This document shows positions 1 through 8,660 of a stretch of DNA of 64,000 nt, one piece after another; positions within the stretch are counted from its first letter, which is position 1, and every line of letters starts with the position of its first letter. Where the stretch lies: assembly GCA_030427965.1 (NCBI GenBank), contig JAUICD010000006.1, forward strand, positions 6,769 through 70,768. The letters are read 5' to 3'. The stretch is from Bdellovibrionia bacterium (lineage in GTDB: Bacteria; Bdellovibrionota; Bdellovibrionia; Bdellovibrionales; JAUICD01). The translations under genes and the position numbers were made by a program. The notes below the pieces were generated by a model, which had not been told where the DNA came from, did not search any database, and was given only the letters and a program-made list of their open reading frames with translations.

Positions 1-158
1 GCGTATTTTGAGCCGATGAGTTTTGCAAACCGCGTTTCAAATTCTGAAACGGCTTCACCAAGGGTAAAATCACCCTTAAGCACAACCTGTTTGATATCAG
101 CTAAGATCGGGTCAGGATTTGCAAATTGTTTGTCCAAATAGGAATACCCAATTTTCAC
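1..158 (-). CDS. DegT/DnrJ/EryC1-family sugar aminotransferase, N-terminal fragment (gene runs off the left edge)
   Basis: Not in the ORF track because it is truncated. Minus-strand translation from GTG at 156-158 gives VKIGYSYLDKQFANPDPILADIKQVVLKGDFTLGEAVSEFETRFAKLIGSKYA, which looks like the usual N-terminus of PLP sugar aminotransferases. GGGAGA lies 5 nt upstream of the GTG. Same strand and directly downstream of the 259-939 gene. Confidence 0.55.
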   Translation of the reverse strand, partial: MKIGYSYLDKQFANPDPILADIKQVVLKGDFTLGEAVSEFETRFAKLIGSKY

Positions 159-258
159 GTCTTTCTCCCTAGAATTGGCTTAGGTTTATGGAATAACTCT
201 CATTATTTGCAAGAAGGTTCAATATCTATCTCCTCTAGGTGCGAGAAACACCATACTC

Positions 259-939
259 TTACTCAAAGAATATGAACTCAAAATCACCTTTGTAGCCAAT
301 ATGGTTGTAGATCCATTTCCATTCCTCGACAGAGTAAAACGACTCACAGGTGAGCTGCCAGTAGAGCAAATTTGCCCTTTCCTTTTCATTTCTGAAGGAT
401 TCAACGCAAATCCAGGAATTTGCATTTGCCTTTTTAACCCTCTCCACCTCACGTAGGGCTGAAAATAGATCCATGATTTTTAGATTGTGAAAGGTCGTAT
501 TTGAAATCACGAGGTCGAATTCTGAGTCGTTGAAGGGGAGTTCCTTTGCGTGTCCATGTTTGATCTGACTTTTTACCTCGGGTTTTGCGTTTTCAATGGC
601 ATAGGTGGATAGGTCGAGACCTGAAATAGAAATTCCAGGAATGAGTTTTTGAATTTCAAAAAGCAAGAAGCCTTTTCCACATCCGATGTCTAAGACGTTT
701 GATTCAGGAGTGAGATTGTACTTTGCAGCAAGGCCCTCGGCCACGACCGACCATCTTCCATCGTAGGAATACCCACCATACCCGTACTCGCGGTTGCCGT
801 CCCAGTATTCTGCACCGTATTTCTTTGCAATTTCACTGCATTTGGCTTTGTCGTGTTCAGTGACTCGGCCAATGTAGTCGCGACTTCCGCGTTTATGTAG
901 GGGGGTGACAAATTCCACGTAATTGTCTTCTTGGCTCAT
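259..939 (-). CDS. class I SAM-dependent methyltransferase
   Basis: 226-aa ORF with SAM-binding motif I VLDIGCGKGFLLFE, followed by the ISGLDLS and DLVISNTTFHNL motifs. Overlaps the upstream gene by 4 nt (936-939). Confidence 0.8.
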   Translation of the reverse strand: MSQEDNYVEFVTPLHKRGSRDYIGRVTEHDKAKCSEIAKKYGAEYWDGNREYGYGGYSYDGRWSVVAEGLAAKYNLTPESNVLDIGCGKGFLLFEIQKLIPGISISGLDLSTYAIENAKPEVKSQIKHGHAKELPFNDSEFDLVISNTTFHNLKIMDLFSALREVERVKKANANSWICVESFRNEKERANLLYWQLTCESFYSVEEWKWIYNHIGYKGDFEFIFFE

Positions 940-2558
940 AAGTTCACCTCTTTGTGTGGGGTAAAGGTTGCTTCTTCAAATAGTTTTACTGCCTTTTCCA
1001 ATCGATAGGAAAGTAAGTCATCTTTGCTTTGACATGGGTTTGAGTAAATACGTCTTGTCGCTGTCTCGTTATTAAATACATTTAAAACAATAAGGATCCA
1101 TTCCACCTCTATGAGTGGAGAAACGAGGCGGTAACGCTCATAAAGGGTGGGGTCATCTTTTGAAATTTCGGCAAGGACATTTTCTATGACTTTTTCACGT
1201 AATTTTTTAGAGATACTATTTCCGATATGGAAATAAAAATCTGAAAGCAATTTTGCAGGATCATCTTTGCCAAAATATTCAAAGTCAAAAAATTGAATGC
1301 AATCTTTGCCAAACTTCATGTTGTGTGCGCCAAAATCTGAAGGACTTAAAGTCAATTGACTGCTGTCAAACCTTCTGTTCAAGTCCCAATTCAGGTTTTC
1401 ACAGGCCTTTTGAAATACTTGAATTCTTCTTTGCACAAAAGGTAAGAAGGTATTGTTCCAAAAATCTAGAAGTGAGGTGTTCTTGGAAGCCTGTATAGAC
1501 GGGCTCAGAGAGGCAGTTCTTTTTTCGAGTGCGCCAATATAATCTGCGAGGCAATTTCTTGAGCTTTTTCCAAAGTGGGGATAAGAGTCTTTGTGGCCTC
1601 GGTAAAGTTCTATTATAAAATTTGAAATCTGCGGGATAGAATCGTGAAACATTTGATCGTTTAGGTCCTGACCATCGATATATGTGTAACGGGCGACTCC
1701 TTTTTCTGTCGAATGGGAAAGAAGCTTTGGTGAAGCGTTTGGTAAATATTTGTTAACGTATGAAAATGCGCTGACTTCTCGATTTAATCTCATAAGCCCA
1801 TCTTTACTATCAATAAAGAAACATTTTAAAAGTTGCTTTCCTTGGTCAGTTTCCAATACGTAGACTCTGTTGTTCCCAGATCGTTTGAGGGTTTGAACGG
1901 ATGACAAGGACCTTGGAGAAAAGTTGGGCGAGCGAAATATTTCACAATCAAGAGCTGTATTTTTAATAAAAGAGACAATTTCTGGCCAGGTCGTATAGGA
2001 GTAAAGATCCTGACTTGCTGTAGATTCAGAAAAATGTATTGGAATAGTTGCGCTTGGAAAATGGCTGTGGTTCAGAACCTTTTCTAGGTCGTCAATAAAG
2101 TAGTCTAAGTCAAGAGATGCAATTTTTTCTACTTTTTTGTCAAGCGTCTCGCAGAAATAAATGTTTCCATTTGGGATTGTGTTTTCTCCGACCAATCCGC
2201 TTTCATTTAACCAAGTGTAAGCATGCTCTCTTAAATTAATATTACTATCAAAATTTGAAGTCTCTGACTTATGTGAGACAATGAATACTTCGTGTCCAAG
2301 GGAGCGAAATCTCTTTGTCGCCTCTCGTACTCCAGGAAAAGGAATTGCCTTATACATTTCCGATCCATACGTCTTAGCTTGTAGGGCTTGCCACCTTAAG
2401 TCGTTACCATCTTCAGAAATTAAAAACTCACGCAACTGCGTTTTTGAAAGAGATAGATTGTTATCAACCCAACCCTTTTGAATTGCTAGATCCAAAAACA
2501 GTTTTGAATAAGAAACAATTGTATTATCAAAATCTATACCGATCTTGATCGGCTTCAT
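936..2558 (-). CDS. two-domain protein: N-terminal HAD-like phosphatase fused to a C-terminal kinase-like (APH/choline-kinase fold) domain
   Basis: 540 aa. HAD motif I is KIGIDFDNTIV, with FIVSHKS and a later FIDD. The C-terminal half has protein-kinase-like signatures SPSDFGAHNMKF and IQFFDFEYFGKDDP. 4-nt overlaps with both neighbours. Confidence 0.6.
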   Translation of the reverse strand: MKPIKIGIDFDNTIVSYSKLFLDLAIQKGWVDNNLSLSKTQLREFLISEDGNDLRWQALQAKTYGSEMYKAIPFPGVREATKRFRSLGHEVFIVSHKSETSNFDSNINLREHAYTWLNESGLVGENTIPNGNIYFCETLDKKVEKIASLDLDYFIDDLEKVLNHSHFPSATIPIHFSESTASQDLYSYTTWPEIVSFIKNTALDCEIFRSPNFSPRSLSSVQTLKRSGNNRVYVLETDQGKQLLKCFFIDSKDGLMRLNREVSAFSYVNKYLPNASPKLLSHSTEKGVARYTYIDGQDLNDQMFHDSIPQISNFIIELYRGHKDSYPHFGKSSRNCLADYIGALEKRTASLSPSIQASKNTSLLDFWNNTFLPFVQRRIQVFQKACENLNWDLNRRFDSSQLTLSPSDFGAHNMKFGKDCIQFFDFEYFGKDDPAKLLSDFYFHIGNSISKKLREKVIENVLAEISKDDPTLYERYRLVSPLIEVEWILIVLNVFNNETATRRIYSNPCQSKDDLLSYRLEKAVKLFEEATFTPHKEVNL

Positions 2559-4093
2559 AGGCTATACTCAGGAATTGAATTTGAACTTAATCTGTCAATC
2601 GCACTTGAAACTTCATCCACTGATATAGGAAGGTTGCCAACTCGGCCCACGGAAATTGCCGCAAGAATTGATCCGAGTGCGACGGCTTCGTAGGAATCAA
2701 GGTCCGAGCAAAGTGCTAAAGTAGACCCTGCTAAAAAACTATCGCCAGCTCCAGCGACATCTATTGGGTTTTTGACAAGTGCTGGGAAATACTCAGATCG
2801 CGGCCCCTTGATTTGATCGTCCCTATGGACCAAAACTCCTCGGTTTCCAAGAGTGATTGCCAGATTGCGGCTCTCCGTTTTTTTCTTTAAGTCCGTTGCT
2901 ATTTGTTCAAGTCCGCTAGTGTGATCGTGTAGTGCAATTCGAGCCTCTTTTTCAGTAGGGGTGAGTAGTTCAAATCCTTTGAACTTGGAAACATCTCCTA
3001 CTTGGCTACTACATTGTAGGTCGCCAAATATTTTTACATTGTTTTTCCGCGCAACATCTTGAATAGTTTCAATGATTTTTGGGGTGATCACGCCGTAGAC
3101 GAAGTCGCTAATAACGACGGCATTAACATGAGGGATGATTTCATAGAGTTTTTCAATGACCTTTTTTTCTGTTTCTTCGTGTAACTGATGCTGCTTCAAC
3201 CGACTGACTCTAAGAAGCTTTTGGTTTTCGACCATATATCGAATTTTAAAAGTGGTGGGTCGATCTTCTTCCGTGAATAAATGTGACTCTACACCGAAGT
3301 CTTCAAGGTTCTTTCTAGCGTAATCACCAGGTAAATCCTTACCAACAACGGATATAAATGAGGTCTGAGCACTTAATGCCCTCATATGTTTGGCAACAAT
3401 TCCTGCTCCACCGAGAAACTGTTCAGATCCGAGTTCTCTGATGGCTAGTACTGGAGCCTCAGAACTTACGCCCATTGTGTCACATGACACAAATTGGTCC
3501 ACTATTGTGTCGCCGACGACCAAGACACGAAGATCTTTAAAGGTATCAAGTGTGCTGCAGATCTTTCTGAAGCTGATATCAAGTTTGTTGCAGGTTGCAA
3601 TAAACTCAGCTCGTCGTCCAAAAATTTCTTTTTTAGTTTGCCCGTTTGAAAAACTTAAATCGGAATATGTGAGATCTCCTGAAGAAAAAAGAATTTTCCC
3701 ACCAGAGTTTTCAGTTGCCGCAATTTCATCAGAAATTTCAGCTTTGATCCGTTCGAACTCTCTTCCTTTTACATATAGATTTGGGCGAAGAGTTTCTATA
3801 AATTGACTGATGCTTTCTTGAAGTGGATAGACTGAGTCTACCATTGATAGATTTGCAACACCTTTTGCTCTGTCGAGTTGTGGGAAAAAAGAGTTTTCTT
3901 TGTGATTGAGTTCCGGGCGAATAGCGACAATGAGTTCATCACCTTGAGATTTAGCAAATTCGAGAAAACGGATATGTCCAGGATGTATGACATTGAAATG
4001 ACCGTAGCAAAGGACTACGGTTTTTCCCGATTGCTGAATGTTTTCAGATTTGGATTTTATTTCACTGAGAGAGAGGATTTTTGTTTCACTCAT
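2555..4093 (-). CDS. bifunctional nucleotidyltransferase / PfkB sugar kinase (HldE/RfaE-like domains in reversed order)
   Basis: 512 aa. The N-terminus has the cytidylyl/adenylyltransferase HxGH motif (VVLCYGHFNVIHPGHIRFLEFAK...ELIVAI). The C-terminal domain is ribokinase/PfkB-like (VLVVGDTIVDQF...SSEAPV...DVAGAGDSFLAG). Confidence 0.75.
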   Translation of the reverse strand: MSETKILSLSEIKSKSENIQQSGKTVVLCYGHFNVIHPGHIRFLEFAKSQGDELIVAIRPELNHKENSFFPQLDRAKGVANLSMVDSVYPLQESISQFIETLRPNLYVKGREFERIKAEISDEIAATENSGGKILFSSGDLTYSDLSFSNGQTKKEIFGRRAEFIATCNKLDISFRKICSTLDTFKDLRVLVVGDTIVDQFVSCDTMGVSSEAPVLAIRELGSEQFLGGAGIVAKHMRALSAQTSFISVVGKDLPGDYARKNLEDFGVESHLFTEEDRPTTFKIRYMVENQKLLRVSRLKQHQLHEETEKKVIEKLYEIIPHVNAVVISDFVYGVITPKIIETIQDVARKNNVKIFGDLQCSSQVGDVSKFKGFELLTPTEKEARIALHDHTSGLEQIATDLKKKTESRNLAITLGNRGVLVHRDDQIKGPRSEYFPALVKNPIDVAGAGDSFLAGSTLALCSDLDSYEAVALGSILAAISVGRVGNLPISVDEVSSAIDRLSSNSIPEYSL

Positions 4094-4095
4094 AG

Positions 4096-5094
4096 CTATT
4101 TGATTTCAGCATCGATCATAGTTTTGATATTAAAGTATCGTGGGTCTTCAAAAGAGTTTTCTAGTTTTCCATCTCCAAAGGCCACCTTCAGATCTTTTAC
4201 TGCATCGTGGATATTTCTTTTAGGAGTAAAATTGAGTTCTTTTTGAATACGAAGAGAGGAGATGTGGTATGAACGATTGTCATCTGTTGGGACAACTTCA
4301 ACATCCACGTCATCTCCTATGACTTCCTTGACCATGGTGGCTAGATCCATAACTGTTTGGTTTTCGTAGCCTGCATTGAAAGTTTGTTTGTGGATCTTGT
4401 TTTTATCTGCGTTTAACAAGAGAAGGTAAACGTCGACCATGTCGTCGATATGTATATTGGGGCGAAGTTGATTGCCACCAAAAACTTTGATTTTTCGATT
4501 GTTTACAGCATGGTTTGTTAAAATATTCACAATGACATCTAGTCTTTGCCTAGGTGAGTATCCGCAGACCGTGGCGGGGCGAACAGATACGACAGTGAAA
4601 TCTTCAGATGCGTACTCAAGCAATACTTCTTCGCACATTGCCTTAAACTTTGAATAGTCGGTGAGTGGTTCAAGACTAGCTTCCTCGGTCACGTTTGATT
4701 CGGATTTGATCCCGTATACAGATGAAGAGCTTGCATTTATAAATCGATCCACACCAGATGCTTTTGCAGCTTCTACAAGTGGTCTGAAGCTATCAAAATT
4801 AATGGATTTACCTAGGTCGGGATTTAACTCAAAGCTTGGGTCATTTGAAATGCAAGCAAGGTGAATCACGGTATCAATTTTGTCTAAAGATGATGAAACA
4901 GCTTTAAGATCTCGAAGATCTCCTTTTACGACTTCTAAATTGTCTTTGTTCTCGATATCATTGAAGACATCCTCTCCATATAACATCAGATCCAAAACAC
5001 GAACGAAATGGCCTTCTTTAAGAAGCGCAGGCACTAGCCTTGCTCCAACATAACCTGCCCCCCCGGTAACCAATATACGCTTCATATGACTCAC
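4096..5094 (-). CDS. NAD-dependent sugar epimerase/dehydratase (extended SDR)
   Basis: 332 aa. Rossmann motif ILVTGGAGYVG and catalytic YSKFK (YxxxK). First gene of the minus-strand operon 5094->1. ATG at 5085 is an alternative start. Confidence 0.8.
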   Translation of the reverse strand: MSHMKRILVTGGAGYVGARLVPALLKEGHFVRVLDLMLYGEDVFNDIENKDNLEVVKGDLRDLKAVSSSLDKIDTVIHLACISNDPSFELNPDLGKSINFDSFRPLVEAAKASGVDRFINASSSSVYGIKSESNVTEEASLEPLTDYSKFKAMCEEVLLEYASEDFTVVSVRPATVCGYSPRQRLDVIVNILTNHAVNNRKIKVFGGNQLRPNIHIDDMVDVYLLLLNADKNKIHKQTFNAGYENQTVMDLATMVKEVIGDDVDVEVVPTDDNRSYHISSLRIQKELNFTPKRNIHDAVKDLKVAFGDGKLENSFEDPRYFNIKTMIDAEIK

Positions 5095-5203
5095 AGCTCC
5101 ATTTGTAATGGTGAATTTAATGGCGTGTACATTATCATGCTGCTATTTCTAAGACAAGAATGCCGTATAGGTACGTACTGTCGACTTGAGGTGGGAGAAG
5201 TAT

Positions 5204-5872
5204 ATGAATTCATTGGACAAAATATATAGAGAGTCCTCTGCGACTTTTGAATATGTGGACCGATACTTTAAGCATCTTCAAGAAGTCATTCAGGCGGTCG
5301 ACTCTAAGCCCATCGGTGAGTTTATAGAGTTGGTACTTCAGTGTCGAGATAACGGTAGATCTCTATTTTTTATTGGAAATGGAGGAAGTGCTGCAACGGC
5401 TTCTCACTTTGCCAATGACATAGCAATCGGGACTCTTGCAGAGGACCCACCGATACGTGCGCTTTCCTTAACAGATAACAGTGCTGTTATGACAGCTATA
5501 GCAAACGACTTTGGCTATGACTTTGTCTTTAGTAAGCAGGTTGAGAAGTTGATGAAAGAGAAAGACGTACTTGTTTGTATTTCCGCTTCTGGAAATTCAC
5601 CAAATATTTTAAAGGCTGCACACTTAGCAAAGGAAAAGTTTGGAGCGTCAATTGTTTCAATCACAGGGTTTGATGGCGGTGCGCTGAAAGCTCTTGGTGA
5701 TATCCAAATTCATATTCCAACCGAAAAGGGTGAGTACGGCCCAGTTGAAGATTTACATATGATCGTTGATCATATTTCGGGTTCTTATCTGAAACGAAGA
5801 GTTCAGTTGCAGGCCATTGGAAAAAAGGTCGTAGAGAAATCTAAAATGCCAACAGAATCTTTGCAGCTCTAG
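5204..5872 (+). CDS. gmhA: SIS-domain phosphoheptose isomerase (GmhA-like)
   Basis: SIS signatures FFIGNGGSAATASHFANDI and ISASGNSPNIL. The track ORF starts at TTG 5186, but ATG 5204 is preceded by GGGAGAAG. Divergent from the heptose operon. Confidence 0.8.
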   Translation: MNSLDKIYRESSATFEYVDRYFKHLQEVIQAVDSKPIGEFIELVLQCRDNGRSLFFIGNGGSAATASHFANDIAIGTLAEDPPIRALSLTDNSAVMTAIANDFGYDFVFSKQVEKLMKEKDVLVCISASGNSPNILKAAHLAKEKFGASIVSITGFDGGALKALGDIQIHIPTEKGEYGPVEDLHMIVDHISGSYLKRRVQLQAIGKKVVEKSKMPTESLQL

Positions 5873-5877
5873 TTACT

Positions 5878-7224
5878 TTACGCGTAGGGTATTTTTCTTA
5901 GATCATTTGGTTTCATGTTGAGCTTTTTGTAGAATTTTTTTTGAGCTTTCATGAATTCAGAAGAAACTATTTCTACTTCTTCTTTCGAGAACAATTGTTT
6001 TTGATTCTTATAGGTTTTAAATCGTTTGCCAAATGGAATATAAGCAAGGAAGTCGAATTTTACTTTTTCTTTGAACTCCTTGATGGAAAACCCAGAATGG
6101 ATCTTGGTGCTTTTAGCTTTTTCAAGTTCATCCAATATGATATTTCCAGTTCGCACGTGGTTTAACCCATCCGCCCACTGTAATGTGTCTTTTATGCAGT
6201 TTTGTCGCGCTGTTTGAGTCTCAGTGAAAAAATCGTCAAGCTCCGGTAGGCCAATTTTGGAGATGACCTCCGTGATTTTCTCAGCAGAGTCAAAATTTGG
6301 TGCACCTCTGTATTGTAGAGACCTTGGAAACTCTGTGGTCGTTGGGTTAACAAGGGCTGTAGGCTTATCTAATAACCAGGCTTCAATGAGTGTCGTGGAC
6401 TCATAGACCAGCCAAAGATCGCAAACCTGGATGACATCTCCAATTGGCCATTCATTTTTTAAAACAATAGCATTTGGATAGTTTTCAACCCCTTTTGTGG
6501 CAGATGGATTATTTGTAGTTGCTTGTTCGCCAGGATGTTTTTTAAAGATAAATAAAGTGTCGGGATTCTCTTTTACGACTTCAATCAATATAGAGTTTAA
6601 CTTTTCATGATCTAAATTGAAAAGATCTAGGTATTTCTCTCCAAACTGTAGTTTCGTTGCTTCATAGCGAGAGTCCTCAGGTTGAATGAGTCCAAAGTCC
6701 CAGCACCCAAATCCCACGACCCTTTTAAACCGTTCGCACTTATGCTTTTTTAAAAACTGATCTTTGCTTAGAAGGGTGGCCAGTTTATAGTGGTCAAAGA
6801 ATGCACCTCCGCCGACAGAGATTTTTTTTTGGTCCTCATCACTGAGGTTTCCTTTTGCGAGGTTTCGAGTTCTTTCAGTCCAAAGTACGAGCCGATCTTC
6901 TAAAAGTTTGCGATCAGTGTTCCATCCCCAAAAAATGCCCTCATTTGTCCAGAACTCATCTGGTAGGTTCCCCTCTGCTGTAAGAATCACGAGAGGAATA
7001 TTCAATGAGCGAGCGTATTTTATCAGTTTAAAATTGTGAACTGAACCCAAATACCCAGCCTTAAATATCAGGTCTGGTTTGAATTTTCTAATAGTTTTGT
7101 ACCCAGAAAAAACTGGGCCTTCCAATACCTCATGGCCATGCAATCTCAAGTAATTTGAAATAAGGGATGCCGGAATTCGATCCCGGTAAATGTGGCTTCC
7201 CCATTCTAAATTCAACACGCGCAT
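5878..7224 (-). CDS. hypothetical protein, possibly a GT-B-fold polysaccharide transferase (TagF/KpsS-like signature only)
   Basis: 448-aa ORF. The only recognisable pattern is LFIFKKHPGEQ ... LVYESTTLIEAWLLDKPT, reminiscent of K.HP ... SS...E/D...KP in glycerophosphotransferase and capsule transferases. The functional call is weak. Confidence 0.35.
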   Translation of the reverse strand: MRVLNLEWGSHIYRDRIPASLISNYLRLHGHEVLEGPVFSGYKTIRKFKPDLIFKAGYLGSVHNFKLIKYARSLNIPLVILTAEGNLPDEFWTNEGIFWGWNTDRKLLEDRLVLWTERTRNLAKGNLSDEDQKKISVGGGAFFDHYKLATLLSKDQFLKKHKCERFKRVVGFGCWDFGLIQPEDSRYEATKLQFGEKYLDLFNLDHEKLNSILIEVVKENPDTLFIFKKHPGEQATTNNPSATKGVENYPNAIVLKNEWPIGDVIQVCDLWLVYESTTLIEAWLLDKPTALVNPTTTEFPRSLQYRGAPNFDSAEKITEVISKIGLPELDDFFTETQTARQNCIKDTLQWADGLNHVRTGNIILDELEKAKSTKIHSGFSIKEFKEKVKFDFLAYIPFGKRFKTYKNQKQLFSKEEVEIVSSEFMKAQKKFYKKLNMKPNDLRKIPYA

Positions 7225-7454
7225 GGTTTTCTTTTACATGGGACAATCATTGGATTCAATAAGTCCAGATGACCTTTTGCCGACAAGTGTACTCGGGGTG
7301 TAGCGACGGCTCGATGTTGCAGATTCAGTGGATACACTGGGGTATTTTAAGAATTGAGCGTTTCTTGTAAGTGGCTATTGGCAGCAAGGTTTGTGCGCAG
7401 TGCCAAAAACGGCCTAGTTGCCGCTTTGTGAACTTTGTGTCATTAGTTTAGCCT

Positions 7455-8660
7455 ATGGAAATGTTTTACTGCACCAATTGTGTCATGCCAAATACTAAGC
7501 CAGACCTCTCGTTTGATGAAAACGGGGTCTGTCACGCCTGTACAAGTTTTCAAAGCCGTCCAAGTATCGATTGGTCTGCTCGAGAAATAGAACTTCGGGA
7601 AATACTAGAAAAATACAAAGGCAAAGACGGGTCCAATTGGGACTGTGTCATTCCTGTTAGTGGCGGTAAAGACAGTACTTTTCAAGTGATACGAATATTG
7701 GAGCAAGGCTTGCGTCCACTTTGTGTCACTTCCTCAACATGTGATCTCTCTGAGTTTGGACGAAAGAATATCGAGAATCTAAAAAACTTAGGTGTCGATC
7801 TGATAGAGTTTTCTCCAAACATTGTGTTGAGGCGTAAACTCAACACAATTGGACTGAAACAAGTGGGAGATATCGCCTGGCCCGAACACGTTGGTATATT
7901 TACGATACCTGTGCGAATCGCCGTACAATTTGGCATTCAACTAATTGTATGGGGGGAAAACTCGCAAAATGAATACGGTGGACCAGCGTCAGCTGCAGAA
8001 AACAATGTACTAAACCGTAGGTGGCTTGAGGAGTTTGGTGGTTTGCTTGGTTTAAGGGTGAGTGATCTTCCAGAGCTGGATGATATTACGAAATCAGACC
8101 TTATACCCTATACCTATCCATCAGATGAAGAGTTGGCTCGAGTTGGAGTGACCGGGATTTTCTTAGGTCACTATATTCCGTGGGATGGATACTCAAATGC
8201 TTTGATCGCTCAGGCAAAGGGATTTCAGACTCCAACAGGCCCAGTGGAAGGCTGTATCGTAAATTATGAAAACTTAGACAATAATATGCATGGGATTCAC
8301 GATTACTTTAAATTTCTAAAGTTTGGATTTGCGCGAGCAACTGACCAAGCCTGCGTGCATCTCAGAAGAGGTCGACTGACAAGGCGGGATGCAATAGATC
8401 TAGTAAAACTCCATGACGGCAAGTTTCCGTGGACCTACCTTGGCAAGAAGCTTGAAGATATATTGGCGCCACTTGAAATTTCTGTAGAAGAGTTTACCCA
8501 AATTTGTGATAGATTTACGAATAAAAGAATTTTTGTAACAGACTCAAACGGAAATTTGGTTAAAGATAGAGATGGTAATCTAACAAAGAAAATATATCCG
8601 GAGCAAAATGTCAGTTCTGATCATAGACTCGGGTCTCAGCAACCTCAAGTCAGTTTATAG
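7455..8660 (+). CDS. N-acetyl sugar amidotransferase (WbpG/PseA family, PP-loop ATPase)
   Basis: 401 aa. N-terminal Cys pairs CTNC...CHAC and PP-loop CVIPVSGGKDSTFQ. Followed by HisH-like and HisF-like genes, as in WbpG-HisH-HisF clusters. Confidence 0.8.
   Translation: MEMFYCTNCVMPNTKPDLSFDENGVCHACTSFQSRPSIDWSAREIELREILEKYKGKDGSNWDCVIPVSGGKDSTFQVIRILEQGLRPLCVTSSTCDLSEFGRKNIENLKNLGVDLIEFSPNIVLRRKLNTIGLKQVGDIAWPEHVGIFTIPVRIAVQFGIQLIVWGENSQNEYGGPASAAENNVLNRRWLEEFGGLLGLRVSDLPELDDITKSDLIPYTYPSDEELARVGVTGIFLGHYIPWDGYSNALIAQAKGFQTPTGPVEGCIVNYENLDNNMHGIHDYFKFLKFGFARATDQACVHLRRGRLTRRDAIDLVKLHDGKFPWTYLGKKLEDILAPLEISVEEFTQICDRFTNKRIFVTDSNGNLVKDRDGNLTKKIYPEQNVSSDHRLGSQQPQVSL

Noticed and set aside
219-452. 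77-aa minus-strand ORF overlapping the 3' end of the methyltransferase gene.
   Set aside because: It is in a different frame of the same strand as a well-supported methyltransferase and has no motif support. Likely spurious.
3390-3806. 138-aa plus-strand ORF antisense to the transferase-kinase gene. Similar long antisense ORFs occur at 21042-21518, 27526-27882, 47179-47472, 49677-50042, 53267-53644 and 58198-58635.
   Set aside because: Each lies entirely inside a gene with strong family motifs on the other strand. Their translations are low-complexity (Ser/Pro/Ile-rich) and lack recognisable motifs or Shine-Dalgarno sites. They are expected by chance in AT-rich DNA with few antisense stops.
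6822-6830. 9-nt A/T homopolymers inside transferase genes (6822-6830 and 18008-18016), plus an 8-nt run at about 27828-27835, considered as slipped-strand phase-variation switches.
   Set aside because: Equivalent runs occur in housekeeping or unrelated genes (nhaA 39431-39439; flavoprotein 45913-45921). The runs encode Lys-Lys-Lys in an AT-rich genome, so there is no enrichment specific to the glycan genes. Population sequencing would be needed to show length variation.
8608-8660. The 53-nt overlap between the WbpG-like and HisH-like ORFs, considered as evidence of a frameshift or pseudogene.
   Set aside because: Both proteins are full length with intact N- and C-terminal motifs, and the hisH-like ATG start gives a canonical MSVLIIDSG N-terminus. 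An authentic overlap, or a slightly extended WbpG tail, is the simpler explanation.
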